Origin: Mobula hypostoma
Lineage: Eukaryota
DNA length: 64,000 nt
NCBI RefSeq assembly: GCF_963921235.1
Contig: NC_086097.1
Location: 23,872,001-23,936,000, forward strand
Reading direction: 5' to 3'
Of this stretch, positions 59,400-64,000 are shown one piece after another. A model generated the notes under the pieces. That model was not told where the DNA came from. It did not search any database and saw only the letters and a list, made by a program, of their open reading frames with translations. Position numbers and translations under genes: made by a program. The first letter of the stretch is position 1. Each line of letters begins with the position of its first letter.

Positions 59400-59790
59400 G
59401 TGGTGTTTTGCCACCGTTGCCTATCCACTTCAAGCTTCGATGTGTTGTCTGATCAGATCTGTTTTTCTGCACATCACTGTTATACGTTTATAAAGTTACT
59501 GTCATCATCTTGTCAGCTTAAACCAGTCTGGCCATACTCCTTTAACTGCTCTCATTAACCAGGCATTTTTGCCCACAGAACTGCCACTCAATGGATTTTT
59601 TTTTGGTTTTTTTTGGTACCATTCTCTATGCCTTCTGGAGACTGTAATGCATGAAAATCCCAGGAGATCAGCTGTTTCTAAAGTAATCAAACCACCCCGT
59701 CTGGCACCAACAACCTTTCCGTGGTCGAAGTCACTTCGATCATATTTTTGTCCCACTCTGATGTTTGGTCTAAATAAAAGCTGAACAACT
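59400..59790 (-). mobile_element. Tc1/mariner HTH remnant
   Basis: VQLLFRPNIRVGQKYDRSDFDHGKVVGARRGGLITLETADLLGFS. Confidence 0.82.
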
Positions 59791-61369
59791 TCTTCTTCTA
59801 ATAAGTATAATGCGGTTGGCAGAACAACAGAAGGTGCATTACTGCCATCTACTGATTTGGAGTGTGGTGCAAAGAGGCAAGAAGTATACCTCACCCCCCC
59901 CCAAAAAAAACAAAGAAAAACAATAACAAAAAACTTCCTTTTCAGGAAGACATATATGTACTTATTTATGTTACAATGGCAGTGATAGCCTAATAATCCT
60001 TTCCATGTTAAACTGTGTCTGTCCCAAAGATCTCAATTCAGAAATTAGATGTTTCCTTTGCACCTCACAGAAATATGCTGTACCATTTTTTGGCAAGTGC
60101 ACTCCCTACAGATGCCTGTAACATGCATATTAATTCTGAACCGGAATTATTCAACCTAGTATGTTCAATATGTAAACATGCAAATATAACTTCCACCCTC
60201 CAATTATACCAATCTCCCAGCTAAGTTCCCAACATCCTCTGAATTTTATATAAATGCCATTCTTCTTTTTCCTTGTCCTAACTTTGTTGCCACAGTGATC
60301 GAATAGACTTTAAATTATGGCTTTCATGTCCCTTTTATGAAAAGGCACCACTACATTTACATCCTCAAGTGATTGCTTGGCTAGACAGTCTGCCGCCTTG
60401 TTTCCTTCAACCCCAACATGGCCAGGGACCCATAAGAAATGTCTACACAAGCCTCAGCAGATTTTGTCCCAACCTCAAGAAGAATGCCTCGCCTACAGTT
60501 TGAAATACCGAGAACAAATCAGGGCATACTTCAACCCATTCCAAGGCTAAAATGACAGGAGCAATCTCAGATGTGAATAGTGATACTTTGACTGATAATC
60601 TTCTCTTAATAGTCACTTGAAAGTTTGAAACATAAACAGAAACACCTGAATGACCTTTTGAACCATAATCATTGTCTTGTATGTATTGCTAAACTTCCTG
60701 TGCCACTGATAAACAATTACTTCTCATCTTGATCTTTTCCTGAAAGTCCAAATCAAGCACAGGCAAAGGAAAAAAACATGGATGAGAGACAGAAAGGGGT
60801 ACACTGGGACCGTATTCCATATCAAATAACACAAGGTTTTGTGCCCATTCATTTCCCAGCCACCCAAAACTGAAGACCTTACAAATGCAATGCTCCTTAC
60901 ACTCTATTAATGTTACCAATATTGACTGACCAACTTTATGTCCTCTTATATTAACCCAATAAACTATTACTAACTATAACCTGCGTAGGTGTAAAGATAC
61001 TTTACCCATTTCTACTAGTAATGCCAAAATTTGGGGATGATTTAATCTCACCAAAACATAATGCTTCAGTTTGAAATTTACCTAGGGTCTTTAAGACTGC
61101 TCGTCAGGCTGACCCATAAGCAACACGTCCATAATCAAAGACAGATCTGAGTAAAGCAATTATACATTTGTTAAAGTGGCCTCCTGCTCACATCCCAATC
61201 TCACACAACTAAGCTCCTGGGTACATTAAGGGCTTTTTTTCACACTTCTCTAGAATGTTGTTCACATACGCCTTCTACATTAGCCTTGTGTCCATCAACT
61301 GAGTCTTTTGAACATGTCCACATGCTTTTATGCATACAGTTGCTGCTAAATGATTAGTTGATTAGATTT

Positions 61370-61912
61370 TTTTTAGATTATGAAGACACGTAGTCCTCTT
61401 TTATTGTCATTTAGTAATGCATGCATTAAGAAATGATACAATATTTCCTCCGGTGTGATATCACAAAACACAGGACAAACCAAGACTGAAAAAACTGACA
61501 AAGCCACATAATTATAACATATAGTTACGACAGTGCAACAATACCATAACTTGATGAAGAAGTCCATGAGCGCAGTAAAAGTTCAAAGTCTCTCAGATGT
61601 CCCACATCTCATGCAGACGGGAGAAGGAAGAAAAACTCTCCCTGCCATGCCGACCACAGTCCAACTCTGAGTCATCTGAAAACTTCGAGCTCTGATCAGC
61701 TCTCCGACACCGAGTACTGAGCGTCATCTCTGTCTGAGCGATTCGACCTCAACCTTGGTTGCCAACAGCAGGCAAAGCCGGGGATTTTGAGGCCTACCCT
61801 CTGAAAGATTCCTGACCACGCTGCAACGACAGCAGCAAACGAGCGTTTCAGAAATTTCTCCAGATGCTCCTCTGTGCTTTCATGTCCATTCTCCATCAAA
61901 TCAGAATTGTAT
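61370..61912 (-). mobile_element. 5'-truncated copy of the 26852-27535 element
   Basis: Reverse complement aligns to ~26935-27530. Confidence 0.85.
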
Positions 61913-61968
61913 GAATTTGCATTAATGAGCTGGTTTACCGAAGTTTCTAATAAAGTAAGCACTCAGTC

Positions 61969-61996
61969 TGTGTGTGTGTGTGTGTATACATGTATA

Positions 61997-62027
<31 letters not shown>

Positions 62028-62070
62028 TGAGAGAGAGAGAGAGAGAGAGATAAATAAATATATATATATT
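61969..62070. repeat. Compound microsatellite (GT)n(TA)n(GA)n
   Basis: Seen directly. Confidence 0.95.
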
Positions 62071-63199
62071 ATCACCAAATAGGAGCAACAGTGGGCTTCA
62101 CTTCCATTAGATTAGTTCCTGGAAGATATGACCTTTGCTCTCAGCTCTGTTTTCTGCCCCATGACCCTTGATGTCGCTGTTATTCAAAGCTACAACTGGT
62201 ATTGTCAAAGCCACTGCCTTGAGCTGAGCATTTGAGGCCAAACCTGGCATTGTTTACATGGAGCAGCTGAGTGTGATGGATGCACCATGTGAACTATCTC
62301 TGTTCCGCATGTCAGATTATGCCATTTCCCTGCATCTCCAGAGCCTCTTTGGAATGGCAGGTGTTCCAGACTTCTGGGCACCTTTAAGGTTTGTTGATAC
62401 CTTGGCTGCCTTACTTGATTCTTCAACATCAAAAATACAAAACAGACTGTTTTCACTTGAAACTGAAATATCTAGAGCCCCAGATAGAGCATTCATTATG
62501 GAAGCTATTTGTGCCTGAGTTTAGGACCTCAGCCAATCAGTGTTTCACTAAATTGCCTGCCTTGGCTCAGTTGGTTGCACTCTTGGCTTCAGTTGGAAGA
62601 CTTGGTTCAATTCCCACTCTGGGGAGATGAGCATAAAATCCATGTCAATGCTTCAGTATTGTACAAAATGTCACAGTGTTATGGCACTATACAGCACAGA
62701 AACAGGTCATTTGACCCAACTGACCAAAATGACCACATGGCCACATTTGACTCCTATCCCTCCAAACCTTTATCAGGGACATTTCCTTAGGGCAGAAATG
62801 GCTAATACAGTGGAGAGTAGTTTTAAGAAAGTAAGTATAATGATGGGTGACAGATGTATGTATTTCACAACCAGAGTGGTGGGTGCGTGAAATGTTCTGT
62901 CAGGGACGGTGAGAGGGGCAGATACGTTAGTAGCATTTAAGAAACTTAGGCACATGGATGATAGAAAAATGGAGGGAAGGGTGAGATGCATCTTAGAATA
63001 GATTAAATAGTTAGCTAAAATTGTGGGCCAAAGGGCTTGGAGCTCTGCTGTTATGTTCTCTCTTCACCTGTAGAACCTTTTGTGTTTATGTTTGCTCATT
63101 GCTCTTTGCTGCTTACTGAGGCAACAGCACTGGACTCAGCTCTAGTGCACTTTCGCTCAAACATTGGCTATCCTGTGCAACTCTCAAATACGCCTATAA

Positions 63200-64000
63200 G
63201 TTTCAAAGTAAATTTATTGTTATAGGACATATATGTCACCAAATACCGCCCTATGGCATATTTTCATGTGGGTATTCTAGTAAATGCAATAGTAACACAT
63301 TAGAATCAATGAGAAACTCCACACAAAGATGAACAAACAACCAATGTATAAAAGACAACAAATTTTGCAAATACAAGTAAAGAAAAGGCAAAATAGTAAT
63401 CATAAATAAATAAGAAAGAAATAGTGATAACATGAGTTGTAGTGGTCCTTGAAATTAAGTACATAGGTTATGGAAAGAGTTCAGTGTTGAGGTGAGTGAA
63501 GTTATCCATGCCAGATGATGCGTATAGGGTAATAACTGTTCCTGAACCTGGTGGTATGGGACCTAAGGCTCCTGTACCTCCTTCCCGATGGTAGCAGCAA
63601 GAAGAGAGCACAGCCTGGATGGTGAGCGTCCATGCCTAAACTGAATCTAATCACCACTGTCTTTGAGCTGCATTCATGCATATGCAGACATCTCAGGACA
63701 ATGGGGTGTTTCTTGGTCAATTGGGTGTTTCTTGATCAACTGGGTGTTTCCCAGCCTGCAATCAACCCCAGTCTGCAGCTCCAAGAAGATCATTATTCTG
63801 AGCTGTATTTTATATTCAGCCTGCAATCCATATTCATATCTGAATACTGGTTGCTGTTGAAATTAATATTTTCTAGATTCTGTAACTCCAGAATATGCCC
63901 TAACACTGTTTTTATGTGACACTGCTCCTTGTAGATGTGCTCAGTATGGAGAGAGCTTTATGTGTGATGGACTGGGTTGTAGCCATTAATTTTTGTAGGC
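63200..64000 (-). mobile_element. Rex1/Babar 3' fragment with an unrelated ~290-bp insert (~63632-63920)
   Basis: HHPGCALFLLLPSGRRYRSLRSHTTRFRNSYYP; ORF remnant resumes at ~63920. Confidence 0.75.

Overview
This is eukaryotic DNA with no recognisable host gene, RNA gene or CRISPR array. The repeat content (CR1, Rex1/Babar, RTE and HERO LINEs, Penelope remnants, V-/CORE-/Deu-type SINEs, Tc1 and hAT DNA elements) points to a vertebrate, most likely a cartilaginous fish (inference). It reads as a large intron or intergenic region: mostly TE debris, separated by unique AT-rich blocks. Every long ORF is retroelement-derived. Main structures: (1) a nested CR1 complex at ~36.1-42.5 kb, where a young uninterrupted CR1 inserted in frame into an older CR1 ORF2, giving a 960-aa chimeric ORF; (2) a four-level nest at ~43.4-46.6 kb (V-SINE > RTE-derived element > Rex1/Babar > CR1), again with an in-frame fusion; (3) a full-length decayed IR/DR Tc1 at 25005-26600; (4) ribozyme-like RNA motifs in retroelements, namely a minimal hammerhead in many Penelope-derived repeats and an HDV/CPEB3-like motif at the 5' end of an RTE-derived element. 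Family names come from motif recognition by eye, not database searches. Boundaries without a stated TSD are approximate.
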